A stretch of 64,000 nucleotides of DNA, taken from assembly GCA_963816185.1 (NCBI GenBank), contig CAWFJJ010000024.1, forward strand, positions 128,001 to 192,000, given 5' to 3'. Source of the DNA: Thermoanaerobaculia bacterium. GTDB taxonomy: Bacteria > Acidobacteriota > Thermoanaerobaculia > UBA5066. The notes beneath the pieces are model-generated. The model was given only the letters and a program-made list of their open reading frames with translations. It was not told the DNA's origin and ran no database searches. A program made the position numbers and the translations under genes. Shown piece by piece: positions 18,700-28,999 of this stretch (the stretch's first letter is position 1; each line of letters starts with the position of its first letter).

Positions 18700-19248
18700 T
18701 CAGGTTCTTTGTTCCGGGTCGGATCTCACGAACTCGTCCGTGTCCGACGACACGATGATCGCCATGCCGCCTTCCGCGCTGTAGGCGGCCGTCTCGGTCG
18801 TTCCGGCCTCGGATCGGCAATAGTCGCCGGCGCGAAGCATGACCCCGTTCAGGAGCACGGAGCCGGCGACGATGAAGACCTCCTCCGTGGCGCCGTGGCG
18901 GTGCGCGGGGTACGTCGAGCCGGGAGCGAAGCGGAGGAGGCGCGTCGTGTAGCCGCGCGCGTCGTCCCGGTGAAGGACCTTGTAGTCGAGGCCCGGCAAG
19001 GGGGCCGGAATCCAGCCGGTGTCGGCGACGAGCACGGCGGTGACCCCGGGCAGCACGGTGCGGCCGCCGGGCGGCAGGGAGGCCGGGCTCGCGGGCTTCT
19101 CCGACGCGATCCTGTCGAGGATGCGCTTCTTCAGGTGGTGCGGCGGGGGCGCCGAGAACGAATACGCGAGCGCGTCGACGACGTCGCCGAATTCACGTCT
19201 CAGCTCGAGCCAATCGCGGTCGTTCGTATCGTCGTTCACGTCGTCCAT
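18700..19248 (-). CDS. ChrR-like cupin anti-sigma factor
   Basis: PPPHHLKKRIL anti-sigma segment; LLRFAPGSTYPAHRH..EEVFIVAG; follows an ECF sigma gene. Confidence 0.8.
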   Translation of the reverse strand: MDDVNDDTNDRDWLELRREFGDVVDALAYSFSAPPPHHLKKRILDRIASEKPASPASLPPGGRTVLPGVTAVLVADTGWIPAPLPGLDYKVLHRDDARGYTTRLLRFAPGSTYPAHRHGATEEVFIVAGSVLLNGVMLRAGDYCRSEAGTTETAAYSAEGGMAIIVSSDTDEFVRSDPEQRT

Positions 19249-19822
19249 CCTTCGGCACGAGGCCCGAGCGTTTGGCGCAGGCGCTGGAGCGCGAGCCGGA
19301 TCCGTGATTTCGCGGTGCCGAGCGGCTGGGCGAGCCTCTCGGAGATCTCCGTGTGCGTGAGCCCCTGAAAATACGCGAGCTCGATGACCTCGCGTTGCTC
19401 GGCCGGCAGACATGCGAGCGCGGCGCGCACGGTGGAGGCGCGCTGGGCGAGAGCGGAGCCGGACTCCGGGTCGATGAGAGTCGACGCGAGATCGCGCACC
19501 TGATCGAGATCCTCCTCGTGCCGGCAGACCCCTCCCCGCGCACGAAGCCGATCGATGGCACGCGAGCGCGCGAGCATCAGAAGCCAGGCGATCGGCTCAC
19601 CCCGGCCGGCGTCGAATCGGGCCGCCTGCCGCCACGCCTGCGTGTAAACGTCAAGAGTCACCTCCTCGGCATCTGCCGGATCGCGCAGCACCTTGAGGCA
19701 GATTCCGTAGACGTACTTGCTCGAGAGGTCGTAGAGATCCGACAGCGCGGCCGTGTCCCCGCGGCGATCCGGCGCATGAGCTCCGCATGGTCCGGGCGCA
19801 CCTCGCCCTGCCTCGGCGCCAC
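19236..19822 (-). CDS. ECF RNA polymerase sigma factor (SigK-like), frameshifted near the 5' end
   Basis: DAEEVTLDVY..AW, WLLMLARSRAIDRLR, LAYFQGLTHTEI..LGTAKSRIR. Confidence 0.85.
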
Positions 19823-19954
19823 GCTCAAGAGCGGTCTCGCATATTGACAGGGATTATGCCGGGCCCGGCGCTCGCGAGGCATCGGCAAAGCATCGGCCAT
19901 ACGGACAATACGGTGGCCGGCCGAAACCGGATCACCGCGGGAGCGCGGTCGCGG

Positions 19955-20281
19955 CTAGTTCTTCCCCGGGTCCTTCAGATCCTCCCCCTTCACGGTCGCG
20001 GTCGCATCGTGCCCGAAGCCCCCTGAAACCTTGATCGTGAGATCGGTCTTCGCGGGAGGCGCGAAGTCGAACACTCCCTTCGCGTTCGTGCGCCCGGTGA
20101 GAAGGACCTTTCCCTTTGCGTCCGAAACCTGGACCGGCACGTCGCCCACCGGCTCGCCGTCGCTGAAGTACGCTTCGACGTGGACCCGGCCCTTCACGAC
20201 CTCCGCCCAGACGGCGACGTCGTGGGCGAGGGCGGTCCCGGTGGCCGCGAGGAGCAACGCGAGAACGAAAGCACGTTTCAT
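19955..20281 (-). CDS. Small periplasmic metal-uptake accessory protein (NikL/FpvJ-like)
   Basis: Signal peptide followed by His; YFSDG, G..GH motif; last gene of the ABC operon. Confidence 0.6.
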   Translation of the reverse strand: MKRAFVLALLLAATGTALAHDVAVWAEVVKGRVHVEAYFSDGEPVGDVPVQVSDAKGKVLLTGRTNAKGVFDFAPPAKTDLTIKVSGGFGHDATATVKGEDLKDPGKN

Positions 20282-21162
20282 GAGATGACCTCCCGGCGCC
20301 CGAAAAGGGGACGCCACGCGAGCGTGAGATAGAAGAGGGCGGTCGAGACGAGCGCGATCGCGCCGCCCGTCGGAACGGGGAGAAACCCGGAGAGAAACAG
20401 CCCTCCCGCGGCGGCGAGCGTGGAAAGGGCGACGCTCGCGAAGAAGAACTGGCGCAGGTTGGAGGCCACGTTCTGCGCCGCGGCGGCGGGCACGACGATC
20501 ATGACGAGGACGAGCAGCGCTCCCACGAGCTTCAGGCCGGCGACGACGACGGCCGTCGCGAGCGTCACGAAGACGTAGTCGAGAAGCGCGGGCCGTTTCC
20601 CGCGCGCGGCCGCCAGCGACGGGCTCAGGCTCGCGAGCACGAGGTCGTTGAACAGGAATCCTCCGGCGAGCGCGGCGAGGGCCGCCGTCGCGAGCAGGAT
20701 CGCGAGGTCCGCATCGCGCAGCGTGAGGAGGCTTCCGAAGAGCGTCCCCTCGATCTGGTGGATGTCGAAGCGTTTCGAGACGAGCGCCACCATGAGAACG
20801 CCGAGGCCCAGCGTCTGCGCGAGGAAGAGACCCGTGACGGTGTCGGACGGGACACGGCCGCGATGCTGGACGAACGTGACGAGGATCGCCGAGGCGAAGC
20901 AGAAGCCGTAGAGGCCGGCCCAGGTGGATCCGGGCGGCTCGCCGAGGAGAAGGCCGAGAGCGGTTCCCGTCATCGCGGCGTTCCCGATCGCCTGCGTGAA
21001 GAACGACATCCGCCTCGCCACGACGAGGGTGCCGAGCCCGCCGAAGAGCGGCCCGAGAAGGAGCGCGCCGAGGAGCCCGCGGATCATGAACGTGTGGACG
21101 AAGATCGCGGGCAGGAACCCCGCGCGCGCCCAGCCGGCCACGGCCTCGTAGGCGCCGCTCAC
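20278..21162 (-). CDS. Metal ABC transporter permease (FpvE-like)
   Basis: GWARAGFLP..GPLFGGLGTLVV..LFGSLLT..LVGALLV..PAAAA. Confidence 0.85.
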   Translation of the reverse strand: MSGAYEAVAGWARAGFLPAIFVHTFMIRGLLGALLLGPLFGGLGTLVVARRMSFFTQAIGNAAMTGTALGLLLGEPPGSTWAGLYGFCFASAILVTFVQHRGRVPSDTVTGLFLAQTLGLGVLMVALVSKRFDIHQIEGTLFGSLLTLRDADLAILLATAALAALAGGFLFNDLVLASLSPSLAAARGKRPALLDYVFVTLATAVVVAGLKLVGALLVLVMIVVPAAAAQNVASNLRQFFFASVALSTLAAAGGLFLSGFLPVPTGGAIALVSTALFYLTLAWRPLFGRREVIS

Positions 21163-21860
21163 CGCGCGTTCCCTTCTGCGACGAGATCCGATTCGGAAAG
21201 CCGTCCCGGATCGCCGGTCGACACGATTTTCCGGTTCAGGACGGTGACGCGCGCGCAGAGCCGCGCGAGGAGGCCCCGGTCGTGCTCGACGAGAAGAATG
21301 GCCGCTCCTTGCCGCGCAAGGCGCGTGAGAAGCGCTTCGATGAGGCGCGTCCCGTCCTCGTCCACATGGCTCGCCGGCTCGTCGAGGACCAGAAGCTTCG
21401 GCTGCGGAACGAGCGCCTGCGCGAGAAGGACGCGGCGCAGCTCGCCGCCGGAAAGCTCGGGAAGGCGCCGCGAGGCGAGGGCGTCGGTTCCCGTCTCGGC
21501 GAGCGCGGAGGCGATGCGCGCGCGCAGCGCCTGAGGGCGCCGCCCGAGGACGGGAGCGCGGCGGAGCGCGAGCGCGAGGAAGTCGGAGACGGAGACGGGC
21601 AGCGCGGGATCGAGGTCGAGGCTCTGCGGCACGTAGCCGATCGGCTCGCCGGGAGAGAGCGCGAGTCGGATCGTGCCCGTGAACGGCACGCGGCCGAGAA
21701 GGCATTGCAGCAGCGTCGTCTTTCCGGCGCCGTTCGGACCGGTGAGCCCGTGGACTTCGCCCGCGAAGACGTCGAGGTCGACGCCGTCGAGCGCGAGGTC
21801 GCGCCCGCGCGCCGCGCGGAGCCCGCGGATCGCCACGACCGGGGCCGCCGGGACGTTCAC
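21159..21860 (-). CDS. Metal ABC transporter ATP-binding protein
   Basis: GPNGAGKT, IGYVPQ, LSGGE, LDEP, VEHD. Confidence 0.92.
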   Translation of the reverse strand: MNVPAAPVVAIRGLRAARGRDLALDGVDLDVFAGEVHGLTGPNGAGKTTLLQCLLGRVPFTGTIRLALSPGEPIGYVPQSLDLDPALPVSVSDFLALALRRAPVLGRRPQALRARIASALAETGTDALASRRLPELSGGELRRVLLAQALVPQPKLLVLDEPASHVDEDGTRLIEALLTRLARQGAAILLVEHDRGLLARLCARVTVLNRKIVSTGDPGRLSESDLVAEGNAR

Positions 21861-22746
21861 GGGCGGCGCCCCGCGACGGCCCGGCGGCGTCGACGATCGC
21901 GTCGAGGTTCGCCTTCGTATCGCGCTCGAATCGGTCTTTCGAATCGTCGCCGCCCGTCATGTGCGTGAGCCGGAAGAGGCGGCACCCGGTCTCCTTCTCG
22001 ATCGTGTCGACGTACCGGCCGGCGAGACCCATTTCCATGAAGAGCACGTTCACGCGCGCGGCCTTGATGCGGGCGATCGTGTCGGCGAGCTGCTTCGCCG
22101 AGGGCTCCAGGCCGTGCCGGGGCTGGACGACCGCCTCGACGGTCAGGCCGAGATCCGAGAAGAGATACGCGTAGCCGTCGTGGACCGTGGCGATGTGGAC
22201 GGCGGAAAGATCGAGCCCGTCGAGGCGCGCGAGCGCCTCCGCGAGAAGGTGCCGCAGCCTTTTCGTGTACGCCCTCGCGTTCTCCTCGAAGAGGGACGCG
22301 TCCTCGGGGTCGAGTCGGGAGAGGTCTTTGGCGAGCGTCTGGATCTGCTGCGACGCCGCGAGAACGGAGAGGAAGGAATGGGGGTTCACGCCGCCCGAGG
22401 CGCTGCGAAGGAGCGGGACGCCGCGGTTCGGGTCGAGGCGCGTGAGGCCGTCTCTTCCCGCGGCCTTCAGCATCGGCTCGAGGAAGGCGTCGTGGCCGAG
22501 CCCGTTCACGACGACGGCGTCCAGCGACTCGATCGCCGCGAGGTCGTCGGGACGCGGCTGGTACGAGTGCGGGTCCGCGCCGGCGGGCACGACGGGCACG
22601 ACGGTGACGGCGTCTCCGCCCACGTTCGCGACCCACGAGTAATAGGGGTTGAGCGTGACCCCGATGCGCAGCGGATGCGCCGGCGAGCCGGCGGCGGGGA
22701 GCGCCGCGAGACAGGCGAACGCGAGCGGTGCGGCGAGGGCTTTCAA
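21857..22746 (-). CDS. Metal ABC transporter substrate-binding protein (FpvC-like); indel near the 3' end
   Basis: LRIGVTLNPYYSWV, DPHSYQP, NPHSF, HDGYAY, HGLEPS. Confidence 0.88.
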
Positions 22747-23339
22747 CGTTGTCCTCCGGCGCCGGCTTCGCCGTCGAGCGCGACGAGCTGATACCAGCCG
22801 TCCGTCGCGGGGAAGGCGCCGGGCACGCCGTGCCGCCCTTCAGGATCCAGACCTCGGCGGCGACGCGCGGCCGGGGGCGAGCGGCGCGCGTGGGGATGCC
22901 CTGGTCGAGGCCGGCCATGGCCCTCTCGGAGAGGCGAAGCAGGAAAGCCGTCCGCCGGCCCTTCGGGTCCAGCCCCGCGTAGTCCGCGGACGCGCCGTCC
23001 GCGCGGCGTTTCCAATCGAGGCCGCGCGCTCCGGCGGGGAGGAGCGCAGGCGCGAAGGGCGGGATCTCGTCCGCGGCGAGAGCCGGGATCTCCGGCCACG
23101 CTCCGCTCTTCCTCTCTGGTCCGTGATGGCGTCGACCGAGACGAGGAGCGCCTGGAAAATGGTCTGGTCCGTCCCCGCGAGGACCGAGGTCGCCGCGGGC
23201 GCGCCGGAGCGGTCGAGGGTCTTCACGCGCACAGCCCCGGCGACGAGAAGATCGCCAGCGCCGCGCCGACCCACGCGGCTTCCCGGGCGGCGCTCGGCGG
23301 GCGGACGACGCGTCCCGGCGCGTCCACGAGGTGCATCAT
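22743..23339 (-). CDS. FpvK/DUF6162-like membrane-anchored protein (frameshifted)
   Basis: Manual translation MMHLVDAPGRVVRPPSAAREAAWV.. then WPEIPALAADEIPPF..EVWI..GWYQL across frames; resemblance from memory. Confidence 0.55.
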
Positions 23340-24172
23340 CGCGCCCGCCCCGCGCCGAACCGGACCCGCAGTGTGGCGCTCGTGACCTCGGACGGCGGCT
23401 CCGCCGGGTCGGACGGGTATTCGGTCAGCCTCCTGCTGCGATCCGTGGCGGGCACGTCGGCGGCGAGGAGAGCCGCGCCGTTCCCCGCCGCCGCGACGAC
23501 TTCCTTCCAGCCCGCGCGGCCTTCGAAGTTCGTGTCGGAGAACGTCACCGCCGCGACGCCTTCCTTCGAGACGATCGCCTCGAGGTCCAGCGTCAGTCGC
23601 GCGGTGGGGAGGTCCGCGACTCCGGGCGCGAACTCGAGCGCGCTCCTGACGATGGTGAGCGCGACGCGCGCGCCTCCAACGGTGAGAACGAGGCCCGGAA
23701 GAAAGCGCGCGGCGAGGTCGTCCCGCATCTTCGCGAGCGCCTCCCCCCGCGGCGCGCTCGTCAGGCTCGAATCCGACAGCGCCTTCTGCGTCGGGATCTC
23801 CGCGAAATCGATCACGTGCGTCACGTCGATGCCCCCCGCGCGCGGCGACAGCCGCGTCCAGCGGTTCACGGAGAAATTGCCCATGGGATGGGAGAGAGAT
23901 TTTGCTGAAGAGAAGAGAAGAAAGAGGAAGACAAATACAGAGAAAGATTTTCTTAGAAGGGAAGAGGGGAACGGGGCTGTTCCTGATGCAGCCGCCGCGA
24001 GAAGAGAAACGCTTCCATTTCTTATATGCGGCGGCTGCTGATGCGGCCGCCGATAGATGGAAATCTGTTCCCGAATGACCGATGTCAAGGGTCGGCGACC
24101 GCTGCGCGGCGCGCGAAGCGCGCCCTTGACATCGGTCATTCGGGAAATACGGTCCCGCTCTCTCTTATTCAT
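23336..24172 (-). CDS. Periplasmic domain like that of Ni/Co-transporter-associated proteins (HPMGNFSVN); N-terminus built from repeat element
   Basis: HPMGNFSVN, DFAEIPT, DTNFEGRAGWKEVV, SRRLTEYP. Confidence 0.7.
   Translation of the reverse strand: MNKRERDRISRMTDVKGALRAPRSGRRPLTSVIREQISIYRRPHQQPPHIRNGSVSLLAAAASGTAPFPSSLLRKSFSVFVFLFLLFSSAKSLSHPMGNFSVNRWTRLSPRAGGIDVTHVIDFAEIPTQKALSDSSLTSAPRGEALAKMRDDLAARFLPGLVLTVGGARVALTIVRSALEFAPGVADLPTARLTLDLEAIVSKEGVAAVTFSDTNFEGRAGWKEVVAAAGNGAALLAADVPATDRSRRLTEYPSDPAEPPSEVTSATLRVRFGAGRAR
24024..24150. repeat. Composite hairpin repeat element, copy 3
   Basis: Perfect 24-bp IR TTCCCGAATGACCGATGTCAAGGG (24068-24091) / 24123-24146 with a 31-nt spacer. Confidence 0.9.
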
Positions 24173-25422
24173 TAGCAGAAATCTCTTTCTTCGTCTCTCC
24201 GTCTATCTCTTTCTCGATCTCCTCCTTCATCCTTCTCGCTTCGTCTGCGTAGAGCACGTGGAAGCGCGGATCGATCTCGAGCGCGCGCGTCAAATGGGCG
24301 AGCGCGGCCTGGCGATCGCCCGCGGCGCGTGCGATCGCGCCGGCGTGGAACTCGAAGAGGGGGTCGATCGTGCCCATCGCGAGGGCTTTCGCCATCGGCA
24401 GGGCGGCGTCCCGGGCGCGACCGGCCCGGTAGAGGCACCAGGCGTAGGCGTCGTATCCGCCGATGTCTTTGCGGGTCTCGAGCTCCTTCGACGTCATCTC
24501 GACGGCGCGTCTCGCGTCGCCGTGGTCCGCGAGATAGAGCGCGAGAAAGCGGTGGACCTTTCGCTCCTCGGCGGGCATGAGCGCCTCGAGCGTTTTCACC
24601 GTCGCCTTCGCGCGCTCTTCTCCGGCGGCGTCTCCCATGGCGTGCCGGTAGTCGACGAGGGCGGCTGCAACGGTGAACTCGGGGACGAACTCGAAGGAGC
24701 GTTCGGCGAGCCGCGTGGCCGGCTCCCAGAGTCCCTTGCGCGCCGCGATCTCCGCCGCGGCGGCGAGCGCAGGAGCGTGGTTCGGGACGCGGAGGAGGGC
24801 TTCGACGAGGCGCCCTTCCGCATCCTCGTACCGGTTCATCTTCAGGAGGATCCGCGCGGCGCGCGCGCGGCACCACGCGTAACCCTCGAGGTCGGTAGGC
24901 AGGGCGGCGTTCGCGGCAAGATCCATCGCGGCGAGCGCGCCGGCCAGGTCGCCCGCGACGTCCTTCGCGAGCGCGGCGCGGCTGTACGAGGCCGTGCAGG
25001 GCTTCGCGCTAACGAATCGGTCGTAAGCCGCGAAAGCATCCGGGTAGCGGCCCAGGTCGAAGAACGCGTCCCCGAGCGCGCCGTCCAGCTCCGGGTCGTC
25101 CGGCCGGTCCGCTTTCAGCGCCGCGGCCTCGCGCGCCAGCTCCTCGAAACGGTGGTGGGGAAGGAGGAGCCTCAGCCGGAACTTGAGGAGGCCGAAGTCG
25201 CCGGGCGAAGCGAGAAGGCCTTTCGCCACGGCCGCCTCGGAAGCGGCGAGATCGGCGCGATCCAGCGTCCGGCGGTAGCGCGCGTAGCGCTCTTCCGCGA
25301 GAGCGAGCGGGCCGGGCTCTCTCCGGGGGTTCGGAAGCCCGCGCCGCAAGGGCGATGAGAAGAGCGGCGGCCGCCGCTCTTGCGGGAAGAAGGAGCGAAA
25401 GCCGCCGCCGGAGAGCATTCAC
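24165..25422 (-). CDS. Secreted tetratricopeptide repeat protein (indel near the 5' end)
   Basis: Multiple TPRs (LGDAFFDLGRY..A, DAYAWCLYRAG, FHAGAI); downstream of DUF4331. Confidence 0.8.
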
Positions 25423-25430
25423 GAAACAGC

Positions 25431-27071
25431 TTACTTGACGCTCGCGGGCTGGATCTTCACGAGGTCGTCGTGATCGCGCGCGATGCGGACGCGCTCCGCG
25501 AACTCCTCGTCGGAGATGCCCTCGGGGAAACCCTTCACGTTGGGGTCGCGGATCGCCTTGACCTGAGCGTTGTGCCCGGGCTGCGCCGGACCGGCGTGGA
25601 AGGCCGCGAAGCCGCTCGTGGGCGACCACATGAAGGGGAAGAAGTACCGGCAGCCGCGCTCCGGGAAGTCCACGCCGTCGCCGAGGAGATTGTTCGGCGA
25701 GCCGTTGAACCCCCCGCCCTGAAGCACTCCCGCCACGACGCGCAGCTCGATGTCGACGACGTCGTCGCAGGGCCGGCGGCCGTTCGGGAAGCCCGCGAGG
25801 TCGCTGCCGAGATAACCGAGCCGGCTCGCGCTGGAGAAAGGCGTCGGCGTCACGGCCGTGTTCAGCCGCAGCTCGTCCGCGTATACCTCGCCCGGATGCG
25901 TATTGATCGGGACATGGAACGGGTTTCCGGGCCGGAACCCGCGGAAGAGTGCGAGCTCGATGTCCGTGCGGGGGTTAGGAGGAACGTTGATGTTGAAGAG
26001 CACGTTCATATAGGTCGCGAGAATCGGAAAGAGCTCGCCCGGGGTCGACGCGTCGCCCTTGAACTGCGCCTCCGCCGAGGGCGGCTGCGAGTTCCAGAAG
26101 TCCTTGCGGCCGACGCCGACGAGGACCTCGTTCACGAGCGGATTGCCGAGGCGCGAACCTGAACGTACGCGCCGCTGTTCGTGACCGAGCCGTCGGCGTT
26201 GATCGTGCGCGAGGCGGGAATGCTGACCGAAGCCCAGCCTCCGATCACGGCGACCGAGTTCGCAGGGTCGCCCACCTGGAAGCCGACGGACGTGAGCTGC
26301 GCGATGGGAACCTGGAGCGCCGTCGCGAGGACCGTGTATCCGAAGAGGGTGTCCCGGCCGTTACCCGTGGCGCCGACACCCACGCCGGGCCGCCCGAGAC
26401 CGGCGCCGGTCTCGAGGTTGATGCCGTCAAAGACCATACCGAGGTCCACGAAGAAGGGATCCTGGCGGGGTCCGGCGAAGACGGAGATCTTGCCGTCCGC
26501 GCTCTTCTGGATGCCGTTCGGAATGTTCACGTAATCCGGGAACGTCTTGGATCCGATGTTCGGTGGGAAGACGGGCTGATCCGTGAGGATGCGCGTGATC
26601 TGGCCCGGCGGAGGGGTTCGCCGCGGGCCCGGTGATCTTGTCCAGGCTGTAGGTCTGGACGACGAGGAGGTTCGGATCCGTGATCGACGCGACGGGGGGC
26701 ACCGCATACAGGAACGTCGAGGGCTGCTTGTACGTCGTCTTGAACGTGAACCGGAAGGTCACGTCCTCCACCCCGTCGCCATTGTTGTCGATCTTGATGT
26801 CGTACCAGGCGCCGTCCTGAAAGCCCGCGTAGTTCGGGCCGCCCTGCGGCTCGATGAGCCCGTAGCGGCACGCGATGAGGTTCACCATCGAGGGGTCGTT
26901 CGGGTCGCGGAACATGTAGAAGTCCGTGTCGTCGAGGCTGGGGTTCTTGGACGTGAAAGGGGCCTCGTTGTGGCTGGACGCAAGCGCTCCGGCGGGCGCG
27001 AGGAGCGCGGCGGCCGCGAGAATTGCGGCCGAGACCAGGCGGCGAAGGCGCAGTTCTCCCGTTTTGGACAT
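25431..27071 (-). CDS. DUF4331 domain protein (frameshifted)
   Basis: SSHNEAP..DDTDFYMF, FAGPRQDPFFVDLG, GFPNGRRPCDDVVDIEL. Confidence 0.85.
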
Positions 27072-27245
27072 GAAATCTCCTTATCGGCGAATCGAAGGTG
27101 GTTCGTTCCGTTCGGCGATCGATCTAAGAGCTTCTGACAGGCAGCACGGCTGACATCCGGAGCCTTGTACGAAGTGCCGGGCACGACTGGATGACCGAGA
27201 CCACGCGATCCCGCGTGCGAAAGGCGTGCCGGTAGAATCCGCCGC

Positions 27246-27344
27246 GGAAGCGCAAGGGGCCCGGCGGCCCTCCTGGTCTTCAAAACCAGCGTGCCCGTTC
27301 CGAGAGGGGCGGCGGGTGGGTTCGACCCCCACACGCTTCCGCCA
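27246..27344 (+). tRNA. selC: tRNA-Sec (anticodon TCA)
   Basis: GGAAGCG...CGCTTCC-G-CCA acceptor, CTGGT-CTTCAAA-ACCAG anticodon arm, long variable arm, GTGGG-TTCGACC-CCCAC T arm; TAGAAT -10 just upstream. Confidence 0.92.
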
Positions 27345-27502
27345 ACCTTTCCACAAAGCGCGGGCGGAAACGCGTCATCCGAAGTCCGCACCCTGGTGAC
27401 ACCCCTCACCTTTTGAAAGAACGGTCTGCGTGGCCCGGCCCGGTTGTTGCACCGGATGTAGGACCGGCACGAGGGATCGTGCCATGAGAGGAGGTTCGGC
27501 CA

Positions 27503-27926
27503 TGATCGCCCCCCTTCTTCTCGCCGCCGCAGCAGCGATATCCGTCCCGCACTCGCCGTTCGCGCCTCCCAACCCATCGTCGTGAGCCGCGAGGCGCCGC
27601 AGAGAGTGGAGGGAGGGAGCCTGAACCTCGTCGCATATTGCGACGCGAAAGGTCAGTCCTGGATCATGGCGACGAACGCCGGGCCGAGCGCCTTCGACGT
27701 GTTGTGGACCTTGACCGCCAACAAGCCGGGGTACCCGCCGGACCAGTGGTCGAGCGTCAGCCGCGTTGAACCCGGACAATTCGAAGCGTGGATGTCGCCC
27801 GCGCCGTCCTTGCATCTCGACATTCGTTACGACGACGATGGCCTCCCCGCCACGAAGAGCATCGACACATCGTGCTCGGGTACCGCCGCCCTGGTCGGCG
27901 GGCTCGGTGAAGGGCTCGGGGAGTAG
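27503..27926 (+). CDS. Hypothetical secreted protein (one indel)
   Basis: GAGGAGG RBS and MIAPLLLAAAAA signal, continuing into ORF 27582-27926. Confidence 0.5.
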
Positions 27927-27946
27927 AACGAAATCGGCGCGAAGAT

Positions 27947-28760
27947 CTAGAACAGCGTCGCGAGCTGGTACGTGCCGTCGTTCGACGTGTTGTCGACCTC
28001 GACCCCGTAGCCACGGCGTTGTCGGACGCCGTGATGTAGATCCCTCCGTTCGTCGGCGGAATTCGCCGCGTACTGCGCCGAGCCGAAAGGAGACAACGTG
28101 AAGCTGAAAGGGCTGCCGACCGCGAAGTTGTTCGCGTCAACGCCTCGAAGTGACGGTCTGGAAATTCGGCGAGTTGCTCGCGCACCCGACGTTCGTACGT
28201 TTCGTTGCGTTCACCGAGACGCCGATCACATAGCCCGGCAGGACGGTGTGATGTCCCCGAGATCGTCGGCGAACTGGACCGTGGTGGTGTAACGGCCGTT
28301 CAAGGTGTCCACGTAGACCTGGGAATTGACGATGAAGCCGAGCGATGGGTCCCCGCTGTCGAGATCGATGGCCGCTCCGCCCGTGTAGCCGAAGAGATCG
28401 TCGAGAATCCTGTTGAACGTTCGGGTCTGGCCGGGCCTCAACCTGATGAAGGTGTGGTCAATTTCCCCGCTGTTGACGCTCAACCCGACACGAATGCTCG
28501 TACTCGCGGTCACGGCGTTGAAGTGCTGGCCTTCGTCTTGAAGAAGGCGCCGAAAGCGCCGTGGACGTTGGCGGAGGTCGGGAGAAGGAGATGCGACACC
28601 GCGCCGCCGGCGGACGCCTGTCTGCCCTCTGCGGCTCGCGCTGTCGCGACTGTTCGCCGAGGGGTCGTCGCCCCAGGTGGATGCGCTCGTAAGCCGACAC
28701 GGGGCTCATCGACATCGCAGCGAGCAGAAGGACGGGGATCGTGACGACTTTCGTTCGAAA
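27947..28760 (-). CDS. Hypothetical secreted beta-rich protein (multiple indels; approximate ends)
   Basis: LLPTSANVHGAFGAFFKT, LRPGQTRTFNRILDDLFG, RTNVGC segments recalling a repeat-domain family common in Thermoanaerobaculia. Confidence 0.5.
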
Positions 28761-28999
28761 CTCCTTGTTGAAGGTCGTCGATAGCCTATCAGCGCGCGGG
28801 TGCCGACTGAAAAGCGGCCCGGCGGGGAACGGGCCACGGAAATCGAAAAAATGTGAAATACGCCGCTAGTGTTCCGAAGCATACAGTGATGGGGTGGATT
28901 CGTCTAGGCGATAAAAGTGTCTATATGCCTCAATCATTTTCTGAATACGCGTGCCTTTGTTTGCGGGAGATGACATGATTCCGGCCTCGGGAGGCCCGC

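Noticed and set aside
20278-22746. 822-aa SBP-permease fusion ORF
   Set aside because: Artefact of an indel at the SBP 3' end that reads through the ATPase gene out of frame.
27570-27600. In-frame TGA next to tRNA-Sec as a selenocysteine codon
   Set aside because: The coding signal continues in a different frame, so an indel is the simpler explanation, and no SECIS was recognised.
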